Shown one piece after another: positions 17,984 through 26,409 of a stretch of DNA of 32,114 nucleotides. The notes beneath the pieces were generated by a model that ran no database searches, was not told the DNA's origin, and saw only the letters and a list, made by a program, of their open reading frames with translations. Source of the DNA: an uncultured Eubacteriales bacterium (lineage in GTDB: Bacteria > Bacillota_I > Bacilli_A > RF39 > UBA660); contig ONWZ01000137.1 of NCBI GenBank assembly GCA_900321645.1, positions 1 to 32,114 of the forward strand, given 5' to 3'. Positions within the stretch are counted from its first letter, which is position 1. Each line of letters starts with the position of its first letter. The translations under genes were made by a program, and so were the position numbers.

Positions 17984-18466
17984 TTATATCTTTTTAATCA
18001 TATGATACATTCTGTTATGATATCCGTCTTTACTGTAAAAATTAAAGCCACGGTCATTATAACCAAAAACCTCTACGAAAACATATTCACAACCTTTTTC
18101 TTTAAAATAGGCTTCCATTTTATTCATAAGTTGTTTACCAATACCCTTACTTCTTACTTTTTCAGTGACAATTAATTCAGTTATTTCTCCTCTGTTAGGA
18201 CATTTATAATCTAAATAGTCATGTTCTTGATAAGGAAAAATGCAACCCATAATTAAACCAACTACCCTATCATTATCAATGGCTAGATAGCACTTACCAT
18301 TATTATTATTAACATCTGCAAGATCATATAAAGCCATCTTTTCACGATATTCGGGATGTACTCTATCTAATTCATCTTTATCAATTGAGACAAGATATTC
18401 TTCTAATTCAACAAGTAAATCTTTGACATCTTCAAGATATTTTTCTTCGTACTCTACTATTTGCAT
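17984..18466 (-). CDS. GNAT-family N-acetyltransferase
   Basis: 160 aa. Acetyl-CoA binding motif VTEKVRSKGIGKQLMNKM (R/Q-x-x-G-x-G/A). Confidence 0.8.
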   Translation of the reverse strand: MQIVEYEEKYLEDVKDLLVELEEYLVSIDKDELDRVHPEYREKMALYDLADVNNNNGKCYLAIDNDRVVGLIMGCIFPYQEHDYLDYKCPNRGEITELIVTEKVRSKGIGKQLMNKMEAYFKEKGCEYVFVEVFGYNDRGFNFYSKDGYHNRMYHMIKKI

Positions 18467-18467
18467 A

Positions 18468-18959
18468 CTACTCCTTAATTATGTAATTATTAAATATATA
18501 AGCATGTGATTCTAGAAAAGAACCATTATCAATTAATTCAATTATTTCTTTTTTTGATAACCATAAGACTTTTTCGACTTCTTCCGTTTGCAACTTTAAT
18601 TTACTTATATCAATATTGATATTATCAATTAAATAAACATCAAATAAACAATATCTATCTGGATATTTAAAAGTCTTTATATGTTTGATTTTATCTTCAA
18701 TATTCGTTAACCCTAATTCTTCAGCTACTTCCCTAATAATTGTCGTATAACTATCTTCATTATGAATTACATGACCACCGGTACTTGTATAATTACCACC
18801 TTTTTCTGCAGATGATTTTTGAATTAAATAATTACCTTCAATATTCTTGATAAAGGCTACTGATAACATAATATTTTCACCTTCGTTAGGTACTTCTCCC
18901 CTAACAATTGTCTTATCTAATTTGTTGCCATAATTATCATATAAATCTAATAATTCCAT
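18468..18959 (-). CDS. NUDIX hydrolase
   Basis: 163 aa. Nudix box GGHVIHNEDSYTTIIREVAEELGL. Confidence 0.75.
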   Translation of the reverse strand: MELLDLYDNYGNKLDKTIVRGEVPNEGENIMLSVAFIKNIEGNYLIQKSSAEKGGNYTSTGGHVIHNEDSYTTIIREVAEELGLTNIEDKIKHIKTFKYPDRYCLFDVYLIDNINIDISKLKLQTEEVEKVLWLSKKEIIELIDNGSFLESHAYIFNNYIIKE

Positions 18960-18967
18960 ATTCCTCC

Positions 18968-19609
18968 TTAATTAAATTTATTATTTATTATAGGCATTTT
19001 TTTATCAAAAGTTACTTCTTTATAGCAATCAATATCTTGTTCATGGCACAATTCTTCATATTTATCATCCCAAGATAAACGATATGAAGTACCAATATCT
19101 AGTCCTAAACGATTAGTCCAATACTTGACAATTTCTTTTGGATCTTTGTCAATACTTTTATTTTCAATTTCTAAGCATATGCCAAAAGGATATTCATCAA
19201 CAGCTATTTCAATATCATTATTTTCAAAAATAGTACGATATCTTTCATAACTTTCAACAACTGTAAAATGCATAACATTTTCAATGATATAGATAAAATT
19301 ATCGACATCATTAGCATTAATTCTAACTTCTTTTTCAATTTCTTCGTTAACAATATCTTTAGTGGTATTTTTAGTTCTTTGTTTCCAACTTAGTTTACAT
19401 TTATTTGTTAAATCATTTTTAGATACTCTTAATCTAAATCTACCATCTATTTCTTTGGTATAAAAGTCATATCTTGGATCAGTATGATTATATTGAATTG
19501 TTTTTTCATATATTCTGCCATTACTATGTAATTCTGGTATTTCTTTTAATAAATCAATAATCTTAGATATTTCATTAGTATCATAATAAAATCTTACTTC
19601 ATATTCCAT
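18968..19609 (-). CDS. CYTH-domain protein (triphosphate tunnel metalloenzyme / CyaB-like)
   Basis: 213 aa. An N-terminal E-x-E-x-K/R-like strand (MEYEVRFYY) is followed by alternating charged beta-strand pattern (RFRLRVSK, KLSWKQRT, EKEVRI, EIAVDEYPFGICLEIE). Confidence 0.6.
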   Translation of the reverse strand: MEYEVRFYYDTNEISKIIDLLKEIPELHSNGRIYEKTIQYNHTDPRYDFYTKEIDGRFRLRVSKNDLTNKCKLSWKQRTKNTTKDIVNEEIEKEVRINANDVDNFIYIIENVMHFTVVESYERYRTIFENNDIEIAVDEYPFGICLEIENKSIDKDPKEIVKYWTNRLGLDIGTSYRLSWDDKYEELCHEQDIDCYKEVTFDKKMPIINNKFN

Positions 19610-19627
19610 CTTTATCCCCCCATTATG

Positions 19628-20107
19628 TTAGTCTTTAATAATATAATGATTAAATGCTATTTCATCTTTAAGTAAAAGGTCTTTTAAATATGTTGGCTTT
19701 AAATTAACATCTTTTAGTTCATTTAAATCAAACCATTTAAAATTTAAATCAACTAGTGTACCCTCATCATTTTCGATGTGTGATAAATCGTTTATTTCAT
19801 TATCTTTAAAATCCATTAAATAATAATATGCTATTTCATGGATATGTTTATTATGTTTATTAGTAAAGAAATTCTCTATATTGCCTAAATACTTTTTAAT
19901 ATAGGTGTCTTTCATTGTTTCTTCCTTCATCTCTCTTATCATCGCTTCTTCGGTGGTTTCTCCTAATTCAACATGACCACCAGGTAAGCAAAAGAAACCA
20001 GCTTTATCCATTTCAACTAAGAGGATTTTATTATCTCTAATAATTACTCCGGATACTCTAAATTTAAAAGTATAGTGTTCATTTTTAATATCAATATGTT
20101 CTCTCAT
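19628..20107 (-). CDS. NUDIX hydrolase
   Basis: Nudix box PGGHVELGETTEEAMIREMKEET. The start was moved from the track GTG at 20116 to the ATG at 20107, which follows AAAGGTGAT. Confidence 0.8.
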   Translation of the reverse strand: MREHIDIKNEHYTFKFRVSGVIIRDNKILLVEMDKAGFFCLPGGHVELGETTEEAMIREMKEETMKDTYIKKYLGNIENFFTNKHNKHIHEIAYYYLMDFKDNEINDLSHIENDEGTLVDLNFKWFDLNELKDVNLKPTYLKDLLLKDEIAFNHYIIKD

Positions 20108-20141
20108 AAATATCACCTTTTTTCAATTATTATTATATCAT

Positions 20142-20169
20142 AAAAAAGATTAAGTACTAACTTAATCTT
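20142..20169 (-). terminator. Intrinsic terminator after the DUF6273-like gene; a TGATATAAT extended -10 for the Nudix operon follows at 20132-20140
   Basis: The minus strand reads AAGATTAAGT-TAGT-ACTTAATCTT followed by TTTTTT, then ATGATATAAT. Confidence 0.7.
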
Positions 20170-20170
20170 T

Positions 20171-20953
20171 TTACTTTCTTCCTCTATTTGAAGTGGTTTC
20201 ACCATATATTTGCTTATATTCTTCAGTTGGTATAATTTCCTTTGAAAAAGTAGTATCTAAATAATACTTTATATCTGAATCTTCAAACTTGATTTCATTA
20301 TTTCCTTTTCTCTTGTCATAATACATATGGAATAGTATTTTTTGGGAAAGGGCAATATCATTCTTCTCATCTATTAACCATGTGATTGGCTCCACTTTTA
20401 ACCAATATGTTTGAAAGCGTTTAACTTCTTCATCAGTCGAAAGAAATTCTTTTGATCCGTTGGTGTCTCTAGATCTTTCAAAGCATACATATCGTTCACC
20501 CTGATATTCATATTCCACAAGGTCTATATATTGGTTATCATTATCTTTATATGTTTTACCAGTAGCGGTTAGAGCATTTTCTTCAAATAATCTATCCAAG
20601 GTGTTAGCAAGTTCTGGGCTAACAACAGTCTGTGGATATTCTCCCCATTCTGTTTCTTTAATACCAGCATGATTTACCTTTATTGGACCACACATTGATG
20701 CAATAGTAGAAAATCTTATAGCAGGTCTTACACCTCGGCCTCCAGCATCTACGTGAGATTCACCAATGCTACCGCTTTCAAATACAGTAGCAATATCATT
20801 TGGATAATACTCAGCATGTCCGGTATCAAAGTGATCACTAATATCCATAAGGCAAGTTGATGTCCACCACCAACCTTTGTTGATAGAATCTTTCTTGGTA
20901 GCAAAGCAGCCCATTACAATCGCATAATCAGTAATTTCACTTTCAAGTCCCAT
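20171..20953 (-). CDS. DUF6273-like domain protein, possibly 5'-truncated
   Basis: 260 aa. ITDYAIVMG...KGWWWTSTC...GVRPAIRF resembles the TdYA / WWLRS / VRPA signature of DUF6273-type domains. There is no signal peptide and no SD before the only ATG. The reading frame stays open upstream as far as the stop codon of the preceding gene. Confidence 0.5.
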   Translation of the reverse strand: MGLESEITDYAIVMGCFATKKDSINKGWWWTSTCLMDISDHFDTGHAEYYPNDIATVFESGSIGESHVDAGGRGVRPAIRFSTIASMCGPIKVNHAGIKETEWGEYPQTVVSPELANTLDRLFEENALTATGKTYKDNDNQYIDLVEYEYQGERYVCFERSRDTNGSKEFLSTDEEVKRFQTYWLKVEPITWLIDEKNDIALSQKILFHMYYDKRKGNNEIKFEDSDIKYYLDTTFSKEIIPTEEYKQIYGETTSNRGRK

Positions 20954-21061
20954 TTTTTTAAAAATATCTAATGCTTTTTCCCCTTGTAATTGTTCTTTTG
21001 ATAAAATTATAAAATGTAAATGTTTTGACGGTATTTTACAATTACCTAAAAAGAAGATAAA

Positions 21062-22843
21062 TTATTTTTTATCTTCTTTTGTATATTTATCAATTTTAGC
21101 AAGTAATTCTTCTTTCTTTAATGGCTTTAGAATATAATCAGTAAAACCTAATTTTAGATACTCCTCATTGTATTCATAACTATTATCTTTAGTAAGAAAA
21201 ATTACTGGTGTATCAAAATTTCTAATTTCTTTGATTTTTTGCATTAATTCAATGCCACTGATTTGAGTTAGAGCTTCATCTAATAAGATTAAATCATATT
21301 TACCAATTTTAATCATATCAATGCATTCTTTACCAGTAGTGGCTAAATCTAATTTAATATTAGTACCCTTTAATAATTTTTCAATTATTTTAAGTCCTGA
21401 TTCAGAATCATCAACTGATAAGATAGATATATTTTCAAAAACGCTCTCATATTTAGATGCTTCGGTTTGTTCAGTTTCGGCAATCTTCTGGTCAAGAATA
21501 ACTTTAACTTTAGTACCTACCCCATAATCGGATGATATTAACATCGTACCATTCATAATCGTAATTAATTTATTAGCTTTAGATAGTGATTTATCATCTA
21601 CCTTAATCTTATTAATATCTTCACTCTTAATACCTGGACCAGAATCTTCGATTGTAAAAATTAATCTACAGATATCATTTTTAATAATCGTATTGACATT
21701 AAATTCAACATATCCACTACTTGTATATTTAGTACTATTACTTAAAATTGTATTTAATACTTCTTTTAGGTTAATACCGTCGCCATATAACATATCAGGT
21801 ATATCATGATCGATATTAGTTCTAAATTTTAATTCTTTATTCTTACAAATATCACTATAGACATTAACCATTTGTTTAATGATATTCTTAACGCTATACT
21901 TATTCTCATATGTCTTAAGATTGGATGCATCGATTGTTCCAACATCAAGAATATCATTTGTCATTGATGTGAATTCTGATGTTTTAGCTTTAATATCTCT
22001 AGCACTATCATGTATTTCATCAAGTTCTTTGCTTTCTAAAATGGCATCAGCATCATTATTAATCTTATCGGTTATGTTTCTAATTTCTTGTGTCATATTA
22101 TATACGAATAGCGTTTTTTCTTCATTGGCACTATCAGATATTTCTTTAGATCTATGAGCTTCTTCCAAAAGCCTCATATCTGGATTTTCTATTGTAAAAT
22201 ACATAAGAAATATAACTAGTGTTTCAATCGGTGTAGTTAATAGAATATGGGGATATATTTTTTGTACTACACCTGCAACCCCTGCTAATATAATGAAAAG
22301 AATTATTGGTGCATATTTGTTTATTTTAATATTTTTATATTTTCTTATAAGCACTATTATCCATATTGTCATTACTATTACTAACATAATAGCTAAGCAA
22401 TCAGTAGCTGCGCCATATGAATATACATATCTCTCATCTGAATAATATTTCATTGGCAAAGAACATACTATAATTGAACATATTACAAAGCCTATTAAAC
22501 AATAATTTTTAATCTTTTGATAGTACTTTTTAAGTTGCTTTTTATCTTCACTATCATTTTTGTATGATATAGCAAAAACATATATCGTATATATTGAAAT
22601 GAAAAGTAAATAATACACTAGCAACGACTTTGTAATTATGGTATTTAATATAGCTGGCATAATATCCATATGCGATACTGAATAAAAACAACATAATCCA
22701 ATAGTCAATCCTAGAACATTTAATACTAGCAAATATTTATATATTTCATTTTCAATGTTAGAAACACGGCTTCGTGAAAAATAGAAAAAATTTAATAATA
22801 CAATATATATTAAACTTGTTATTTGCAATAATATTAAACTCAT
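21062..22843 (-). CDS. Hybrid sensor histidine-kinase-like protein: multi-TM sensor, degenerate HisKA, HATPase_c and a C-terminal receiver domain
   Basis: 593 aa with about 6-7 N-terminal TM helices. The H-box region is FVYNMTQEIRN, with Gln where the His is expected. The N-box is NTILSNSTKYT and the G1 box is EDSGPGI. The REC domain has VDDSES...LILLDE...ILKP. Confidence 0.8.
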   Translation of the reverse strand: MSLILLQITSLIYIVLLNFFYFSRSRVSNIENEIYKYLLVLNVLGLTIGLCCFYSVSHMDIMPAILNTIITKSLLVYYLLFISIYTIYVFAISYKNDSEDKKQLKKYYQKIKNYCLIGFVICSIIVCSLPMKYYSDERYVYSYGAATDCLAIMLVIVMTIWIIVLIRKYKNIKINKYAPIILFIILAGVAGVVQKIYPHILLTTPIETLVIFLMYFTIENPDMRLLEEAHRSKEISDSANEEKTLFVYNMTQEIRNITDKINNDADAILESKELDEIHDSARDIKAKTSEFTSMTNDILDVGTIDASNLKTYENKYSVKNIIKQMVNVYSDICKNKELKFRTNIDHDIPDMLYGDGINLKEVLNTILSNSTKYTSSGYVEFNVNTIIKNDICRLIFTIEDSGPGIKSEDINKIKVDDKSLSKANKLITIMNGTMLISSDYGVGTKVKVILDQKIAETEQTEASKYESVFENISILSVDDSESGLKIIEKLLKGTNIKLDLATTGKECIDMIKIGKYDLILLDEALTQISGIELMQKIKEIRNFDTPVIFLTKDNSYEYNEEYLKLGFTDYILKPLKKEELLAKIDKYTKEDKK

Positions 22844-22858
22844 ATTATTCCTCCCTTT

Positions 22859-24664
22859 TTATTTTTTTTTATTAAAAATGTTTTTTATTCTTGCTTTTGG
22901 CTTTGTATTATTTTTTATATCATAATACATTTTTTCTAATGCTTGTAAATCTGGCTTTTTAGTTGATGTTTCTGGAATGCTTTCAACAAAATATATTTTA
23001 CTTGGAACCATATATTCAGGAACACCTCGTAAACAATGCTCAAAAATTATTTCTTCTGTTTTCTTATTCTCCGGTAGATCTTTTACCACAACAAATGCTA
23101 TTGCTGTGTTTACCACTGATTCACTTGGGACGGTAATTACTTCACACTTGTTAATTCCAGGTATTTCAGCGATACATCTTTTTGTCCTTTCAGGAATAAT
23201 TTTAGTAGGATTACCCTTTGAATCTAATGTCAAAACAACCCTTCTAATTCTACCATCAAGAAATATTTCACCTTTTTCATTAATATGAAGTAAATCTTCT
23301 GTATTGTACCAAGTGACACCGTTTTCATCTTTCACTAAATTATGGTTAGTTGCTGCCTCATTGCCATAGTAACCATCCATTCTAGCTGCAGAATACAGAT
23401 ATCCTACACCTGTTTCGTTCGCTTTAAGTGGTACTCCTGTTTCGACATCAAGTATCTTAATCATATTACCAACGCATGGTATTCCAACACTTCCAATTGT
23501 TGGATTGTCATAGTATCCATAAGAAAACGATCCAAGCAATTCACTTGCTCCATAACCTTGTTCTACGTGTGCCGTGCCACCATTTTTATGTATATAATCA
23601 TCTGCCTTTATTTTTATGTCACCCTGTAGAGCATCTCCACCAGTAACAATTATTTTCCACTTTGAACAATCTATCGGTTTGTCTTGTTCAATTGCTGTTT
23701 TTATGTATGGTGGTATGGTTAGCCAGTGATTAAATTTGTATAGTTCATTCCTTTTTGCAATATCTTTAGGATTAAATAATGGATCTAATGCTAATGTTAC
23801 GCCTAGGCTCAATGGTTCATGAATCATATTCAATAAACAATAATATATCCATAATGGAAAGGTAGTAAGCATTATATCATCTTCTGCAAAGCGTCCAATT
23901 TCTGTCATTCCCATTATTTGAATCATGGCATCTATTCTTTCCCAACTGGCGGCACATGCTTTACATGTTCCTGTTGAACCACTAGTATATGCAATTGTAG
24001 CCATTTTATTAGGAACAAATTCACAAGCTTCAACTACCCTCGAACTATTTCTTCCAATTTTCAACAATTGTTCAAAATTCATTAGTTCACGACCGTCGAA
24101 TTCTTTTTTGTTTATTCCCTTTAATTTTTCAATGAGTTCAAACTTTAGTTTATCGCCATTGAATCCCATTGGTATTGCATCTGTTAGAGAGGTAGTTATT
24201 ATTCTCTCAACTCCGCATTCTCTTAACATGTCGCGAGTTTTTTTGTTGCAAAACAAGTCATTTGCTATATAGTATTTTGATTCTATGTGACTTATTTCTC
24301 TTCTAATCTCATTGGCGTTACTAGCACCATTTATCATATGCATTATAGCGCCTATTTTATCCAAGGCATATAATGATACGATGGCATATGGAGTTGATAA
24401 TAGGCTCATAGCGACAACATCGTTATATCCAATTCCAATTTCTTGAAATCCTTTAGCGGCAATATCTACCAAACTTAATAGTTGTCGATATGTTATAGCA
24501 TTACCAAAATATAGTATTGCTACACTATCAGGTTTTTTTTCGGCAATACTTTTAAATCTATTATATAATGTTTCATATTCTAAAATTTTTTCTATTTCGC
24601 CAGGTTTGTCTATTTTTAACACCTTTTCTCTTAAATTAATTAATTCTTCCTTTGTCAGTTTCAT
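22859..24664 (-). CDS. AMP-dependent synthetase/ligase (ANL superfamily; acyl-CoA or acyl-adenylate forming)
   Basis: 601 aa. AMP-binding core motif IAYTSGSTGTCKA, plus GYGASE and a C-terminal lysine region (STKKPD). SD GGGGGA. Confidence 0.85.
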   Translation of the reverse strand: MKLTKEELINLREKVLKIDKPGEIEKILEYETLYNRFKSIAEKKPDSVAILYFGNAITYRQLLSLVDIAAKGFQEIGIGYNDVVAMSLLSTPYAIVSLYALDKIGAIMHMINGASNANEIRREISHIESKYYIANDLFCNKKTRDMLRECGVERIITTSLTDAIPMGFNGDKLKFELIEKLKGINKKEFDGRELMNFEQLLKIGRNSSRVVEACEFVPNKMATIAYTSGSTGTCKACAASWERIDAMIQIMGMTEIGRFAEDDIMLTTFPLWIYYCLLNMIHEPLSLGVTLALDPLFNPKDIAKRNELYKFNHWLTIPPYIKTAIEQDKPIDCSKWKIIVTGGDALQGDIKIKADDYIHKNGGTAHVEQGYGASELLGSFSYGYYDNPTIGSVGIPCVGNMIKILDVETGVPLKANETGVGYLYSAARMDGYYGNEAATNHNLVKDENGVTWYNTEDLLHINEKGEIFLDGRIRRVVLTLDSKGNPTKIIPERTKRCIAEIPGINKCEVITVPSESVVNTAIAFVVVKDLPENKKTEEIIFEHCLRGVPEYMVPSKIYFVESIPETSTKKPDLQALEKMYYDIKNNTKPKARIKNIFNKKK

Positions 24665-24723
24665 TAAAATTCCCCCATAACATACGTAATCTACGTTTCA
24701 TATTAATTATAACACATATAAAT

Positions 24724-24754
24724 AAAGAAAAAAAGAATAAAATCAATTATTCTT
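24724..24754 (-). terminator. Intrinsic terminator overlapping the metG stop codon; the only terminator seen downstream of the YcaO operon
   Basis: The minus strand reads AAGAATAA-TTGATT-TTATTCTT followed by TTTTTCTTT. Confidence 0.6.
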
Positions 24755-26390
24755 ATTTATTTTTTATTTTTTTGTATGTGTTTTCTTCATCTAATCTACT
24801 ATATAGCATTGATGAATTATTAATTTTATAGTCACCTTTAATTACTTCTTCTTTCCATGTATATGTTGGTAACGTTAACATATCTTTGATTCTTTTTGAA
24901 CAATTTGGTAAGACAGGCTCAACTAAATTGGCTAGATTAGCAATCATATATATACATGTATAGGTTGTATCATTAAAACTGGCTAAATCATTTTTAACTT
25001 GAATCCATGGTTCACGACTATCATAATATTTATTAGCTAAACTAATATATTCAATTATTTGTGTTGTGGCATTTCTTATTTCGCCTCTTTCAAAATATTC
25101 ACCAACTATTTTGAAAGTTTTTTGGGTAATATCAATTATTCTTTTATCAATGTTTGCTTCTTTGATGATACCATCAAATCTTTTATTGATAAATGAGAGA
25201 TTTCTATTTACAAAATTGCCTAACATTCCCACTAAATATTTATTATGTGTTTGAATTATATCTTCAATAGAACAACTTATATCATTGGTTTCAGGTCCTT
25301 TAAGTGAGAAATAGAACCTTATGGTATCACTATCAAATTTTTCCAATAATTCATTAATTGTTATTAGATTACCTTTAGATTTACTCATTTTTTCTTGATT
25401 TAGGTTTACGTAGGCAGAAGAAATTATGTAATCTGGCAAGCGATAATTGTTTTTAATGGCCATTATTAAAGCTGGATAGATAGTTGTATGAAAAGGGATA
25501 TTATCTTTACCATGAACATAATATGTTATGAGGTTTTCATTTTCATTTGACATATATTTGTCAAAATCGATGCCTCTTTCTTCAGCTACTTTTTGGCCTA
25601 CTGATAAATAGCCTAAAACAGCTTCAATCCACACATAGATTCTTTTATCGTCATAGCCATCTACGGGTACTGGAACTCCCCATTCCAATTGTCTAGTTGC
25701 AGCTCTATCTACTAGCCCAGTATTAATATATTTTTGTGCTTCACCAATAGCGTTTTTACGCCATTTATTTTTATTATCATCGATTAATTGCTGAAGCAAT
25801 TCAGTAAATTCTGGCAATTTAAAATATAGGTGTTTATTCTTTCTCAAGGCTGTTGTATTGCCACATTCTTTACAATGTTTATCTAATACTTCACTACTAT
25901 CTAATGATGAACCACAACTATCACATTGATCGCCGGTACTTTTTTTACCACAGTGTGGACATGTTCCTTCAATTTCTCTATCCGATAAAAATTTATGGCA
26001 TTTTTCACAGTAATCTTGTAATTCTTCTCTTTCATAGATATACCCGTTTTCAACCATTTTTTTGAATTGTTTCATAACATACTGTTTGTGATGGTTATCC
26101 ATAGTAGCAGCATATTCATCATACTTAAAATTTGAAGCAGTGAACGTTTTAACAAATTCATTATGATAATATTCGGCTATTTCTTGTGGGCTTTTATGTT
26201 CCTTTTTGGCTCTCTCAGTTATTGGTGTACCATGGCAGTCTGATCCTGATACATAAATGACATTATCGCCTTTACCGCGGTAATATCTAGCAATGATATC
26301 TCCCGGCAATAAGGCAGCAAAATGTCCAACATGTAAATAATAATTGGCATATGGCCAAGCGCCACCAATAAATACGTCTTTTTTATTCAT
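24753..26390 (-). CDS. metG: Methionyl-tRNA synthetase, short form without the C-terminal tRNA-binding domain, with four CxxC pairs in the connective-peptide insertion
   Basis: 545 aa. HIGH-type motif YYLHVGH and KMSKS are present. CEKC...CPHC...CDSC...CKEC are read from the translation. SD GGGGGAGAA. It starts only 19 nt downstream of the preceding ORF. Confidence 0.9.
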   Translation of the reverse strand: MNKKDVFIGGAWPYANYYLHVGHFAALLPGDIIARYYRGKGDNVIYVSGSDCHGTPITERAKKEHKSPQEIAEYYHNEFVKTFTASNFKYDEYAATMDNHHKQYVMKQFKKMVENGYIYEREELQDYCEKCHKFLSDREIEGTCPHCGKKSTGDQCDSCGSSLDSSEVLDKHCKECGNTTALRKNKHLYFKLPEFTELLQQLIDDNKNKWRKNAIGEAQKYINTGLVDRAATRQLEWGVPVPVDGYDDKRIYVWIEAVLGYLSVGQKVAEERGIDFDKYMSNENENLITYYVHGKDNIPFHTTIYPALIMAIKNNYRLPDYIISSAYVNLNQEKMSKSKGNLITINELLEKFDSDTIRFYFSLKGPETNDISCSIEDIIQTHNKYLVGMLGNFVNRNLSFINKRFDGIIKEANIDKRIIDITQKTFKIVGEYFERGEIRNATTQIIEYISLANKYYDSREPWIQVKNDLASFNDTTYTCIYMIANLANLVEPVLPNCSKRIKDMLTLPTYTWKEEVIKGDYKINNSSMLYSRLDEENTYKKIKNK

Positions 26391-26409
26391 TTTCTCCCCC
26401 TGTTAAGTT

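Noticed and set aside
24638-24701. 21-codon ORF (MKRRLRMLWGNFNETDKGRIN) starting a few nt after the -10 upstream of the AMP-ligase and overlapping its start out of frame
   Set aside because: It has no SD and would require leaderless translation. It is more simply explained as a chance ATG in the 5' UTR. Only the palindrome within it is reported.
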